From Lama guanicoe (taxonomy: Eukaryota): 64,000 bases of DNA. How positions within the stretch are numbered: position 1 is the stretch's first letter; each line of letters starts with the position of its first letter. Positions 1-15,840 of the stretch are shown piece by piece. The notes below the pieces were generated by a model. That model was not told the origin of the DNA, searched no databases, and saw nothing but the letters and a program-made list of their open reading frames with translations. The DNA is taken from assembly GCA_013239625.1 (NCBI GenBank), contig MU054098.1, positions 1,923,104-1,987,103 on the forward strand, in the 5' to 3' direction. Made by a program: the position numbers and the translations under genes.

Positions 1-1057
1 ATATTCTTAAACTTTTCTCAGTTTGTGCTCAATCTGACTTCATGGACTGCTTATACTTTTTCTGAAGCAAGAAGAAACGGGATGTGATGGTGTGATCTCT
101 TCCTCCCTTGGAATGGGTGTGTGTGGAGGGAGGTGCAGGAGTGGTGGCAACAAGATTCTCCTTGTTATTCAATATTTCACTGCTTATGTACACTTTAGGG
201 TTAATCACCAATTAATGTGTTCAAGTTAATTGTTTTAGAGTACAGAAGAGTAAAACTGGCACCAAACTGACCATGCTGTTTAGTTATCATCTGAGAAACA
301 GACAACTGACACTGATCCTAAGATTTGGAAATGCCAAAGACTTATCGTGGTTCTTAAAATAATTTTCCAACCTAATCTAGATAGAAGTAGAGATAGGAGC
401 AAAGAGGCAGGGCTGACTCAAGCCTGTTCTTAAGCTAGTGCTAGACTTAAATAAGAGCAAATGCCAAGTTGGTATGATATTGACACGACCTAGAACAGGG
501 ACCTGGAAACATTGATCAGTGGAGGTTCCTGTTACTCTCCAACCGACTTGCATTATCTTGGCCTAAAGAGGAGATTTTGCAAGGCCCTTTTGCTGTGCTT
601 CTGGCTAAACACATCCTTCTTGCCTTTGAAGTTTTCCTCCCACCATTAACATTTTATTTTCAATGGAATTGGAAAATTGGTGGTAACGTTAAGCCAGTTT
701 TATAATCTCTTAAAACTAGAGCCAATTCAATTTAATAAATATTTATTAAGCATCTTCCATGTACAAGCTAATGTGCTAAATAATATGTTGTAGCAGAAAT
801 GCTGTTACCCTAAGAGTAATATAATCTGCATTTTAGTTCTGGCTCTAACCACTTTTAAGCTTTGGCATCATCTATACAAAGAGGGGCTTGGATAACTAGA
901 TGGTCTCCCAAGAGTCTTTCTAGTTCTGGCCTTTACTTATTTAAGGACCCCTGCACAAAAGACTCAGTTGCAAATAAAGGATTTTTTTTAAAAGAGAAAA
1001 GAAAAAAAACTTTACTTCATAGAATTGTTGCACCCTTCCAGAAAAGACCACTTTGAA

Positions 1058-1310
1058 ATAATAATATTAATAGCTAACTTTTATTGAGCCTTTACTATGT
1101 GCTAGGCTCTGTGCTTAGCACTTCACATTGATTGCTTCCCTCAATCTTCATAACATCCCTATGAGGTCTGAGCACCGTTAGTCCTATTTTGCAGATAATG
1201 AAATTGAGGCTTGGGGAGATCAAGAGACATGTACGAGGTCAGTTAGTAAGCCATAGATCCAGGATTTGTATTTGGACAATGTGACTCTAGATCCAGGCTC
1301 TTAACCATGG
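1058..1310 (-). mobile_element. MIR SINE
   Basis: Typical antisense MIR text: ...ttattgagcctttactatgtgctaggc...ctattttgcagataatgaaattgaggc...ggctcttaacca. Confidence 0.75.
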
Positions 1311-1521
1311 TATTTATACAGCCTGTCCATTGTTCATTGAAAGTTAGGGATAACCTACAAAGGGACCATTGTTTCTTACCTCCCAAATGAAGCAAATTAG
1401 TACCCTGGGTGGCAAGACTTTGGGAAAGGTGTTGTCTAGGGCACGTCAGGCCATAATATGGACCAACATGAGAAGACAGAGAGAATTCAGTGGGCTGTTT
1501 GCCTCTCTTTGTATGGGAGTT

Positions 1522-1557
1522 GTGTGTGTGTATGTGTGTGTGTGTGTGTGTGTGTGT
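1522..1557. repeat. (TG)n microsatellite
   Basis: TG dinucleotide run with one TA interruption. Confidence 0.95.
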
Positions 1558-4090
1558 TTTATGCACAAATAGATGCATATAGATACAGGGAAAGCTTTGG
1601 ACTGGTTCCTTTCCATTTAGCTGGAAGTAAAATGATATGAAACAAGTTGACCAAGATTTAGCAGAGAAACAGGTTTCCTAGACTTAGGTTCTTCAGCCTG
1701 GTTGGTGGAGTGAGGGGTGGGAGTAGAGTAGGAGGAGGAGGTAGAAGGAAGAGAAAGAAGATCTTACAGGCATATTTCAGAATTTATTTGGAAGGTGGGA
1801 ATTTGGTCTGCCCTGGCCACCTTGTACTCTTGATTTTCTGGGACTTGGCTTGGGAAACACCTGGGTTCTCACTGATGTGTTTTGTTTGGGTTCACCCTCT
1901 CAGATATCCTAGGAGAGGCCAATGACTGCAAATGGAGGCAGAATTTAGCTTGGCCTTCCTGCTCTGTTGTTACAAAATAGTTGAATATATAGATTCAAAT
2001 TGAATTTTTAAAGAGAGAACACTGATATCCTTTCTTCCTCTATCAAATGTCCTCAGGGATAGTCTGTTTGTCCAGGAGAAACAAGGTTATTTTATTGATT
2101 GAAGATGATGTCAGACCCCTGGCAGTGGTGTGATTAAAGCCATGGGCAGATTAAAGGTTGTAAAGTTCATACTATTTTAGTTCTTGTGTATGAGACAAGG
2201 AATCTTTTCCTTTCCTTTCTCTAATAAATAAATGGAGTAGTGTTTTCCTTCTTACGTGACTCTGGTATTACCATGTAGATGAACATAAGTTCTTTAAGGA
2301 AAAAGTCAGTAAACGGGAGAGGAATCAGCAAAGCTTTTTCCTTAGGCTGATTTCTTTTCCTCTTCTAAACAGAAACAAAAAAGGCCAGGGGTGTGGGGTG
2401 ATGGGGAGGGCCAATTTGTGTCCGGTTGACATAAAGTGATTTGGGTTTTGAAAAGGATATGGAGGAGAGGGGACAAAATTGAAGGAAGAAAGGAAGATTT
2501 TGGACCAGGAAAATTTTTCTGGTGAGGAGCTGGGTGTTGGGAGCAAGCCAGTCAAAATCAGCATGAAGACTCTAAATCGTACTGGAAAAGAATTGTATGG
2601 TGGTTTCTCACCAGGCGCTCAAGTTTAAAAGCCTTGGGCTGTTTTCTGCATGTTTCAGTTGAAAACAAGACAACTGTTTTGTTCAAAATTGGGACAACAG
2701 AAGCACGCTGGTTATTTACCATAGCTCCATTTACAGCCCAGCTTTGATTCCAATTGGAAGTTGTTCCTCTGCTTTGAAATTAGGGGAGACACCCTAAAAT
2801 AATGACCTTGCATATGGGAGACGATTTTGCTTTTGACGGTGATTATACGTTGGACTGAAACAAGATGGAAAGACAAATTTCCTTGTTTGTTCACTCTATA
2901 TCTGTTCACTTTATTTTTGGCAACTTTGCAAGGAAATAATGTTAAATTAATCACTGTGTGGTTTTTGTGGATTTTTTTTTAACTTGGATGTTTTGGACAT
3001 GCTCCTAAAATACAGAGATGCTCGTATGCTTCCTTTGCATTACCCTGCTCCTCAAATGGCATCTCTGGTGCGGATTAAAGGCTTTCCTTTAAGTGATATG
3101 AGTCATGGCTAGGCCAGGGCAGGAAATAGGAATGCAGATCATGTGCCTCCCACCTAAACACAAACCCCTCAGTTTTCTAATCATTTTGGTTGGACCTGCA
3201 GGGCTTTTCTGAGAGTCAAAGCAGCAATTAGAAATGAGGACTGTCTCAAATACATATCTGGTGGGTGTTTGCATCTTGTCTGTATAATGTGAGTCTAGCA
3301 GTTGCCTTTTGCGGAGATGCTGGGGCAGTGGACGTGCTGAGAAAGCTAGTCGAGGCATCTTCTTGGAGAAGAGTCGCTGCTCTGCGTGGAGAAGGGCAAT
3401 CATCTTTGCTACTCCAGTGAGGGTGGACGGGCCATCGATCAGATTGTAAGCTCTGGGAGGGCAGGAACTATATGTCGTGTCTTTTGTAGCCCTTGTTGTG
3501 TTTGGCATGAGGCTGGCAAATGTCTGGAATAGCCAGGATGTGATAAATACTTAATGACTTGCTTGAAAAGAAGTTTTGGTTTCTTCTGCCCATCTGAGGC
3601 TGCAACCGTTAAATCAGGAGTTTCACTGAGTTCTTTTTTTGACCAAAAACCTACCTTCTGATGACTGCCTTCCCTTCTTGGAGGTGGGGCAGTGGGCCTC
3701 GCTCCCCGGCCCTGCTATTGATAGCAGTTTAAAGGTTGCACCCTAAAGGTGACAGTGGTTATGGCTTTAGTCATCACCTACCATTCCGACTCAGATTGCA
3801 AGCAGTGGCTCTTGGGGGGCTATGAGGCTTGAACAGAGCAAATTTTTCCGGCCTCAGACCTGAACATTTCCCTCCCCTGGAGACTGGCAGACCTCCTTTA
3901 CACAGCTGCTAGAGAGTGAGGTTTCTTTTTGTCCTTGTGGAAACGGACTCTGCCACTCATGTGAAAGGCAGGCACGTGGGAGGAGAAGTCATTTGCTTGG
4001 AAGGACTGGTTTGGTTAACTGTTGGCCATTGGTGGCAAACTAGAAACGACGTTTTTATTTCTCCCTCCCTCCCCCTCCTGAACATTTCAG

Positions 4091-4239
4091 AGTGACCAGT
4101 GGTTGGACTCTTGGCGGCGCTTACCCTGAACCTGAGTGTTAGGGGAGAGGGAATCTGCCGTTGCGGTTTCTGGAGCTGCTCATAAGCAAGAATTCCCTAT
4201 CCTGATCAAGGCTTTAAGCCTAAAAGAAAGCAGAAATAG
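4091..4239 (+). other. AMOT: Probable AMOT non-coding 5' UTR exon (149 nt)
   Basis: Long pyrimidine tract ending ...aacatttcAG at 4090 and donor AG|GTATGG at 4239/4240. No ATG inside. Lies ~1.9 kb upstream of the first coding exon. Confidence 0.65.
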
Positions 4240-6135
4240 GTATGGACCATCGGTGTGTGTGGGTGCCGGTGTGTGCGTGCGAGCCTGTGTGTGTGTGCAG
4301 GGTGGGGCGGGTGTGGAGGGGGAGGGGGTGGTGTACTCTTCAGGGGCCGGGGGAGCTCAAGGTCTAGAGTTCCCTGCTTTTGCAGGAGGGGTTTGTAAGT
4401 GATTTTGTTTTAACCATACATGCTCCCATTTCCTTGATTTATTTATTTATTTATTTATTTATATTTTGAGAGAGAGGAAAACTAGTTCGGTAATCATCTT
4501 TCCAGTTTCAGGCACCAAGAGATTTGTATATTATACATGTCAGTCTAACAGACAATCCCAGTCTGACAGTTTAAAATACAGGAGTCCCAGAGGAACTGGA
4601 AGGGAGGGGGAGAGTACTTAAAGGCAGGCTGCTCAGCCCATTGGTGTGCACTTCCCCGAAGAATATGATGAATGGAATTTTAAAAAAGGCCTTTGGAAGG
4701 TTCACTGTGAGGTCAAACTGCTCAACAGAACGATTGGAAACCAGGTAACAGTAATCATGCAAAGTACAAAAGGAGAGAGGATGGCCTTTCTCCATCTACC
4801 ACACACGTCTTCTGGGCCACTCCCTGCAAGACTAAAGGAAAGGGAGTCATGTTTCCAGAGAGATTGGAGACTGTTTAATATCATAGAAATCAGGGACTGG
4901 GGGCCAGTGTTCCAAAGTTCTCACCTGGAATGTGAGGCAGGTTAGGTTGATCTTTATTGTGACTTTTTGTGTGACATCATGTCCATTCTCCAACACTACT
5001 TAAGATCCTTGGAGTGAAAGTTTAATTATTGAGTATCAGTACTGAACTGCAGTACTTAAGATGACAGACGATTCTTCCAAAGATTTTATGAGCCTCTAAG
5101 GAGTTTGCATATACTATACTGTACAGAGAGAGAAGAGAGAGAGGTCACCTACTTCTATTTTTCAAGTGGGAAAACATAAGACATAAAAGAGGAATCAATT
5201 GCTTAGGTTGACCTGTAAACCCATAGCATGATTAGAATTTGAATCTTAAGTTATCTTGCTTCTGATAATCTGTTTCACTCAACCCATATTACTTCCCTAA
5301 GAAGAATTGGGTGGGAGGGCAGGGATATGGTAATCATACCCTTTCCAGAAGGATGACCTTTTTATTTTTCAATTTCTAAGTGCTGTCAGAGGCACACTTC
5401 AAACAAAAGAGGGCTTCCCTTTTAAGCTCCTCCTACCCAACAACAACCACAACAAATTCTCAGTGACTATTCCTGGATGGCTGAAAGGGAAAGTTTGTCA
5501 ATAATCATTATCCCAAGCCCTTCTCTTATTAAGCCAAGAAACATCCAAAATGGACAATACAAAAAGGATTAAGAAAAACAGTTATGTTTCAGAGTTTTAT
5601 GAGATCAGGGAAAAAAATTTGCATTAAGCAGAAATCATTTCGATCTAGTGCAAGCCAAACTCTCTTCACTTTCTATTTATTTTAGTTATTTGGCATTTTG
5701 TAGCTCCCTCCGCGGGGTAAACTGCTTTACAGATCCTGCCTATCGGGTAATTTCCCCTATGGTCCTGTCCCCACCGCCGCAGCCACAAGAATTGGAGTTT
5801 TCATTTAAATAGAATACAGAGAGATGAACTTTGTAAGGACCTAGGAAAAGTGCCCTCTCTGATCACCCTACTTGACTCCTTCAGGTTTCCCCAGTCCTTT
5901 GAGGAATTAAGTCAAGTTTGAGTACTTAACCCATGCTAAAAGTAAAAGAGGAAACAGAAAGTTCTGATGCCTCCAAGTTCCTCATCATGTCAATGCTAGA
6001 GCCAGGAGTCGCCAGCAATTAACCTATTAATTCTAGATTCAATTCTCTACTTTGTCTCTGCAGTGGAATCCTCAACCCCAAATACCCATTTTCTCCCCCT
6101 TTAGAGGAATGATGTATCCATCAACTGGGTGTTAA

Positions 6136-7092
<957 letters not shown>

Positions 7093-10000
7093 TAAGAGAG
7101 CTCCCTTTCTGTCATTCCCTGACCTCATCCCCAACCAGCTTCTGCTGGGTGTTGGGAATCTGAAGGGAAGGAATGGGCAGGTGTTTTTGGTATAACAAAC
7201 TCTGCCATGCATGGCTGGCCCCTGGCTTCGTCAGTTTCCCGCCAACCTGAATTTCTAGGCTCTTCAGCCATTATTAGCCCAATATTAACATTCCCTTGAC
7301 TTTATAGGTTGAGCATGTCCCCAATCACCTAGTGGCTGAACAGGAGCACAAGTCTTGATTTCAGCAGCTTTTCATTGTCCAGTCTCCTAGGATATTGAAG
7401 GAAGAGTCAGTGTTCCTCTTCTTGTGAGTTATTAAGCCCTTCTGTGAGGGGAAGTAAATTATCTGGGACTTCAGTCTGGGATATCCTATCGCTTTCATTT
7501 ATTCTCCTCCACAAAACTCTCTTCACTAATTTTTGTAAACAAATCTTTCTGCAGAATTGCTGTGATTCTCTTGGACACTAAACAAACATCCAGATATTAA
7601 TGTTGAGGGAACTATATACGTGCAAGTTCAGAATGTTACTTGCCCGGTACTTCCTTGCAGTTCCTGAAATCTGGATTGCTTCGTCTTTCTTCTGTAGAGT
7701 TTGTTACTTGCCAGTGACATTGCTAAATATCTAAGTTAAATTCATATCACATCATATAGAAGTTTTGATCAGATGCTAAAATGCAGAAGGAAAAATATTC
7801 CCGTGACTTCTGTCCAACTTGCCATTAGTTCAGAAGGACTGTTTTGTATATTCAGAAATTCCTAAATATACTTCTGAATTATTCAGGAGCCCATTCACTC
7901 ACTGCTGCATCAACCAGACCTTATGATTCCATGATTCTGTTCATTCTATTGCGGCCGTGTCTCCGATCAAGAGTATTTCTGCATATGGGACAGAGGGAAG
8001 GTTTCAACCTTGGGCCAAAATGATGGCAGTTGTGTGTGCTATTCCTGCCGTGTGACCATGGGTAATTAATTATGGGTGGCCTTTTTCCTTAGGCAGCCCC
8101 CAGACTAGTCCTGTGACCCCTCTGATGTCTAACTTTCTGCCTCCTGTCCCCTTCTCACTCATTTGGGGCAGAGCCTCTTGGCTTGAAGTACAGTGGATGA
8201 CTCAGGAGAGGAAGAAGGCAGTCAGGGGGTGGAGTAGGGTGAAGGTAAGAGAACGCACCTGGCATTTCCTGGTATTTCATTTTTTTCACCTCCAGGTCCT
8301 GTGTTTTAGCCAGAAGCAATTCACTTTGGGCTCCACCCCTAACTTTGCCAGTTTAGGATTTTTTTTCCTTAACCCAGGTTGATTTCCTAACCTTTTTCAA
8401 CCTCCTCTGTGCAGCTTTCAAAGGGCAGGAGTCTAAATTCTGATAAGTGGCTTGGAACAGGAAATGGGGTAACGGACAGGGCCTTTCCGCTTTAAATGAG
8501 CAAGAACCTGATTCCCATCTGCCCGATGAAACGGAAGACCCAGGGAGGGGTTGGTCCATTGGACTGCTTAGCTTAGTGGAAACCCATCCAAGCCAGCCAA
8601 ATGTCAATGAAGCTGGGGGTTTTTGTTTTGCTCTTCCCATCAGCATGGAGGATCTGCGGGACTCCCTCCTGTATGTGGATAGGCTATGCATGTGGTGTGT
8701 TGCCCTGTGGGAGGGTGGGTGTGTTGGCCGGGTGTGGAGCACAATCCAAGTCCCGCTCAGCACATGGCCTGCCTTCCCAGGAAAGCTATTTTCAGAACTC
8801 ATTCACCAGTATTGTTTGTGATCTGAAATGACTCCCACAGTGTTTGAAGCTAGATGGAAAAGCCCTTTGATCTGCCTAAATAAATACTAAGGAGCCCAAA
8901 GCAAGATTTTTTTTGCTTCCCAAACCGATTAAACCACCAGAGAAATTTAGCTGCATATATCTTACAGGAAGATATCTGTATTTTCTCCTCCCTTGTACGT
9001 TATCTGTGTATCTATTTCTCTGTCCTCAACAGCAGTAGAGCTCACTCTGATTACCCTCTCTTGAGCAGTATTTTAATACACAGGTTTGCTCTAACAGTTT
9101 TTTTTTCCCTCTATGGGAGAGGAATTGGGTGCTTGATATGCACAATGAATAATCAAACCCAAAACCATCCTAATTAGAAGATGCTCTTTGTGAATTTTTG
9201 AGTCTGCAGCAGACAAACTCAGGGTTGGCAATAAAATTTTTGCCAAGCCTGGGGTGAGGGAGGGGCACCTATTGACAAAATACTGTTAAGGGAAGGTAGT
9301 TGGACTGCTTTCCAGAAGTGTACCCCTTTTAGGTGGTGACATATTTTGCCTCCTTTATTTCCTTTAACCAACTAGCTAGGCAGTTTGTGAGCACCCTTCC
9401 AAGTAACTGCTACTAGCACCAAACAATTAGAAGACAGAATTCTTAGCTCTTAATCCACAAATTATAGATCAGGATGTAGAGTGAGCTCTTTGAACAAATT
9501 ACTGTTCCAAAAACCTTTTGTTGGCCTTTAGCGGTGCAGTGAAATGCTCGAGATTTGCTATTAAAGTGAACAAAATGTTACAAACCATTTTTTATGACTT
9601 CATCTTCCCTATGCCCTCCTCCCCACTTAAAAAAATAAATATCCTGAATGCCCAGAACTCCAGATGGGAAACAAGGCCAAGCCATCTGAGGAATTAAAAA
9701 TTTTCTGAATCTTTGTCTTTCTCAGTGCTGAGCCTTTTCTGCATCCGGGGTTTATATATTTATCAACTGCTTTAAAAAATTCAATCCTTTCTGTTTGTAA
9801 AGCAGCCACCTCCTTTCAATTGTTGAAATCGTGCCCAGATCTGAGGTTTCTTGAGATCCTTGTTTAGTGGAATCTAAGGGTGACCTAACTCTGTAGTTCA
9901 GAGCAGAGCTGGTTGTGCAAGAGAAACAATCAGGAATTTGCAGTCCTCTCCAGGATTCAGAGACTGACCATCCCAGAGCCTGGGAAAGGCACAGTTTCTG

Positions 10001-13000
10001 TGGGGAGAATAAATTGGGTTCCAGGCTGTTGGCACCTGCTCTGGTGAGAGTGTGCATGTGTGGGCTACACACATGTGGGCCAGGAGTGTATAGTGTGTGC
10101 CTAGGGGTGGGCTGTGGGTGGGTGCGTGGCTGGAGAGGGTAGGGGGTCCCGTCCGTGAAGTGGCAGCCTAGAGGGCACTACGTCAGCTCAGGGGGCCTGC
10201 TTCTGCTTTCCTTTTGTGTTCTCACAAGCTATTTCTGGGATTTCCTCCCCCCACCCCCGCTTTGGGGAGATGCTGATTTTGGTCATTGGCCTCCGTCCTG
10301 CATGTATGTCACGTCTCCTTTTCCACAGAGCACCGGGGGCCCAGGTTGTCTTAGGAAGGAGAAGGCTGAAGGGAGGGAAGGAGCGGGGAGGCAGGTCAGG
10401 GCTTCCACGGGGTCATGTGGTTCTGTTGTCAGCAGGCGGCTTGCTGTTCCTGGTTAACGTGTCAGCGGGGAGACTTCCATGCTGCTGTGCAGCAGAAGGA
10501 CCTGGGCAGGGTGCAGCTCAGCCGGCTGCCACCTTTATCATGACGATTCTTACTCTTACTCTTATTATGACTTAATCCTGAGTGTATTTTTGCTTCTCTC
10601 CCACTCCTGTCATTCCTTAGGCCTCTCCTCTCAGGGGGAAATTCACACGAGTGTTAATACTGTCCCACTTTTTTTGTGGTGGGCGGATGCTGGAGTCCAG
10701 ATGGAGTTCGTTGGCTGGAGGGCTCTCTCTCCTTTTACGACTGCCCAAGCCTTGCTATGTGTTTGCAAACCTGCCAGGGATGGACTGCCTTGGTTTTCCT
10801 AACATCACGATGCACTGAAATCTGCTTCCTTTTTCAGCCTGGGGGAACCTGAGGGGTAGCTGCCTTTTCTCCACTCATCTCTAGGCAGAGCACAGTCATG
10901 GTCGGGGCCACTGCCATCCCGGGCTTATCCCACTCTGGAGACCTCCTTCCAGAGACTTTCTGGTCTCCCTTGTCCTGAGGCCTCTGGGAGGCCTTGTTCT
11001 GTCTGGGACACGGTGGGGCCTTTTCAGTCTCCAGGCAGAAGGGAGGCCAGTGGCTGGTGAGAGAGGTGTGGGTTGCTGGTGGGACCCAGGGGAGCTGTGG
11101 GGAGGTAGCCCAGTTCAGAACTGGGCATTCAGTCTTTGAAAGAGAACGCCTCCCAGGTCTTGGGTTTCCAAATCCTGGCAACGAGGATGAAGATTAATTC
11201 AGTCATTTTCCTCTTAAAATTTGAGAGCTGGATTGGAGAACATGAAATTTAAGCCCCTCTTTTCTGCCCAAAATATCCAAAAGCCCCAGCAAATCCCAGG
11301 ACGTTATATCGTAACTCTAGGTATATATATAAATTATAATAGCTCTTACTCAAAGTGGAAGGAAAGCACATTGTTTGTTTTACCTCGGAGGAAACTGCAG
11401 ATCTACAGTATGGAAGACAGAGAAAGACTCTTCCCCAAATAAGTTTAGAAACAGCTTCAAGGCTTTTGATTGGATGAGTGCTTTGAGCTCTAGGAACTAA
11501 AGGTTATGTATTGTAGCAACTTTCCAGTTGTAATCCCCAAAACCATGTAAATTCTTCTGTCCACAAAGTGTGCATGCCCCCTTCAATCTTCAGCAATTAA
11601 TTCTAGTGACATATGTACGAAATTGGAAGAATGTGAGTACACCAGAGGCATTGATGGGGCTGAGAGACAGCCTAGGACTTGAGCGGGTCTGGGGGCTCTG
11701 GGGAACATCTGGGTTATTGGGTATCTATGAGCAAGTGTTTGGAGTGACTTTGTAGCTGTAAAAAGCCCTCAAAAGTGAGGGTTTCTTGTAGAGGTAGATA
11801 AATGAACAATAATGATAACCGGAGCATGTGTGGGAGGGATGTGCTTTAGCATCTGGAATGCCAGTTATAAGTTAATTGCTCCTGGTGATTTGTCCCAGTT
11901 TCACCACAAATTTTATGCAATTTAGTGCAAAGATTAAGTGGATATCCCATAAGTAAAATCCCTAACAAGGTCAATCATTCTCTTTGGGAGGTAAATAAAA
12001 GACTCTTCATAATTCCTACTGAGCTCAAAATATGAGAGGAACCCAGTATTTTTGTAATTCATCTGTGACCTCAGGAACGAGATAGGCTCATGCAGATTAA
12101 GTAACTTGAGCAAAGTTACATGGCTAGTAAACAGTAGGAAAGGTCTCCAAACTCTGTTGGGATCCAAATCCTATGCTCTTAGCCATCTGTCTTCCCTGGA
12201 CTGAGAAAATCAACTGTAGGACAAGCATCCACAGGATGTGGGAGTAGATGAGGTTAGCTAGGCCATGGGCTGGCGGGGTAGACACATGTTTTTGTTTTCA
12301 GTGTATACCGAGACATATTCTTCCTGGTCACGGTGATGGTGGAAGTGATCCATTCGCAGACGCTGATTGTTTCCCTTAATGGCTAATAGTCCAGTATTAG
12401 GTACAAAAATGGGAGAGCCACATTAAATAATATACCAAAGTTCTCCTTCTGGAACTTTCCATAAGCAATAAGCCAAGAATCTGTACATCGGTGGAAATCA
12501 ATGCATTAAGGTAGTAGAAAGAGCCTGAAAACGGAAATTAGTTTCTACCCTAGCACTACCACTGACTCACTCTGTAATATTTGGCAGATCACTTCTCTTC
12601 TGTGGCCCTCAGTTTACCGCCCTTGTCCAAAGACAGATTTGGACTAAAGGATTTCTTTCTTTCAGGCCTTTTTAGTCCTTACATTTTGTGATTCAGTACA
12701 TCAAAAATAGTATGTTAGTGTTACCTGTAATCCTGTCCAAATCTAGGGATTATTGCTGCTAAAAGGCATCATTCAGTTATTAACAACTGTAATCTACAAT
12801 AATCACTTGAAATCTCTAATATACTAAGTATCTCTATCCTCAAGTAATTTTTTGCGACTATCTGAATTATCAGAGAGAGTTACAAGTAACAAGGTGAAGG
12901 GTGGTGTTCATAATGGTTTGCTGTTTACTTCTGGGCAAGTGAAACATAGTTTCTGTGTGCTGGACCACGTAAGATTGTCAGAAAAGGGTTAGTTTAAAAT

Positions 13001-13228
13001 AATGAGGGGACAATTACCTTATCAAAGACTCATTTAAAATGCTTAGAGTTGAGTAACAAGCGCACATGCACACATCACTTAGATTTTCAGAGTGACCTTT
13101 GAGATCAGCTGGTTCGGTCCTCCACGGGATCACACCCCTGTCTGTCAGGGAGTCCCAGAAGGCCAGGCCTGGAAGGGACTGGAAAGGTCTTGGCCGAGAT
13201 CCTGCAGTCTAACCCTGCGTGCTCCTGA

Positions 13229-13975
<747 letters not shown>

Positions 13976-15509
13976 TGATGGTTATGAGATGGATCAAACT
14001 TTGGCAAAGCCTATCTTTCTAGGAGAAGTAACATTTTACAGACACCATAGCCCTAAAGAAAGCTTAACTGAGTATTTTAGAATTCCGAAAGGCAGAGAAA
14101 CGTCTTCATAAGGTCAAGAACGCTGGTGAGGTCTGTGTAGGTGAAGGACCTGCCAGCGTAAAGACTTTTTCTCTTGATTATATTTTCCCAAATACTGAAT
14201 TTGAATCTTAAATATAAATCCACAGTTCCCAGAAAAATCTCACCACTGAAGTGAGATCCTGCCCTGTCTTGTTCTGGAAAGGGCTTAGAATACTTTTCCA
14301 AACGGTGGTTCTCATAGTAACCCTTTTTCGACACCCCTTCCTTTTCCCCCTTCTTGCTTTGGTCCTTCCCTGCAACTCTAATTCAACATCTGCTCTTTCT
14401 TTCTGGTGTGTGTGGCGGGGGAGTGGGGGAGCAGGAGGAGCTTAGCACCACAGCTGGGTAACAGGTGACAGCCCTAGGCTGAGGAAGTAGGAAAAAGGAA
14501 TGATGTCCCAAGTTCATGTTCTTCCCTGGGCCCCTCCTGCCTCTTGCAGCTGAGACTTTAGCTCTTGAGTGCCCTAAGCTAGGAACCTTAGCTCTTGGCT
14601 TCCAGTGGCTGTTGGAGAATAGGGTTATGCCTTTGGCAGCCTCTTTGCAGCTTTTGTCATTGTGGCGCTCATGTGGTTTGATCTCCCAACAATGGGAACT
14701 GTTCAGGGAGGTGAGGGTGAAGGTGGAGGAGGGAGGAGAGGTTGCCTCGTATTGCTCAGCAACTCTGTTCTTAAGAGACACCCAGAAGTGGAAATTTCAG
14801 GGGCCTGAATGAAGCTGACAATTTATAAACATGAGATCTGGGTCCTAAAGGAGAGGAGGGCTTATCAGCTAAGATTTTTTTCTGTAGCAAAAACGCTTCC
14901 CCTAATCCAGTGTTCCCAAGTCTGGATGGGGGTTGTTGGGTGAGAAATGTTTCTCCTCAACTTTGTTCACAATTTTACATTTTCTCCCTCCTCTCTAACT
15001 ATTCCCCCCAATCACATTATTACAATAAATTAATCACATTCACAGTTGACCCCAGTCCCCAAACTCTATTCAGAATAGCCCTGGTGCCATCTTTGATGCA
15101 GTAACCGAAGGATGAACCCGGATCTTCCATAGACTCTCTTTGCCAGAGGATGCTGAATGTTTGTTTGTTTGTTTGTTTTTTTGAGGGGGTGAAGGGAGAG
15201 TGGTAGGGAAGTAGAGCAGAATAGGATATAGGTTGTTGTGAAAAAATAAGAAGGCCTAAGGCTCATGAGGAGAAAAAGTAGACAGAATAAGTCTGGAAAC
15301 CCATCACCATCCTCCCTTGCCCCTGTTCATATCATCACAAACCATACCAATGGATATGCCCTTCTGTGACTTATTTTCCTGGAAGGTCCTATTGAAGGTA
15401 CAGCTTGCCCTTTTGGAGGAGACAGTATCTACCCAGGGGGTAGGAAAAGGATTGGTACAATGCCTTGAAATAGTACTCTGAACAACTTGAGTAAAGGGAC
15501 TGCCTTCCA

Positions 15510-15784
15510 CGAGGATGTGGAGAAAAGGGAACCCTTGTATGCTGTTGGTGGGAATGTCAATTGGTGCAGCCACTGTGGAAAACAGCATGGATGTTTCTCA
15601 AAAAGCTAGAAATAGAACTACCATATGACCCAGCAGTTCCACTTGTAGGTATATATCTGAAAGAAACAAACACTAATTTGAAAAGACACACAAACCCCAG
15701 TGTTCATAGCAACATTGTTTATAATTGCCAAGGTATGGAAGCCACCTAAGTGTCCATCAGCAGATAAACGGATAAAGAGGATGT

Positions 15785-15840
<56 letters not shown>

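Noticed and set aside
8447..8821. 124-aa ORF and overlapping 149-aa antisense ORF in intron 1
   Set aside because: Non-ATG starts, no recognisable homology, and I found no convincing phase-2 donor linking it to exon 2.
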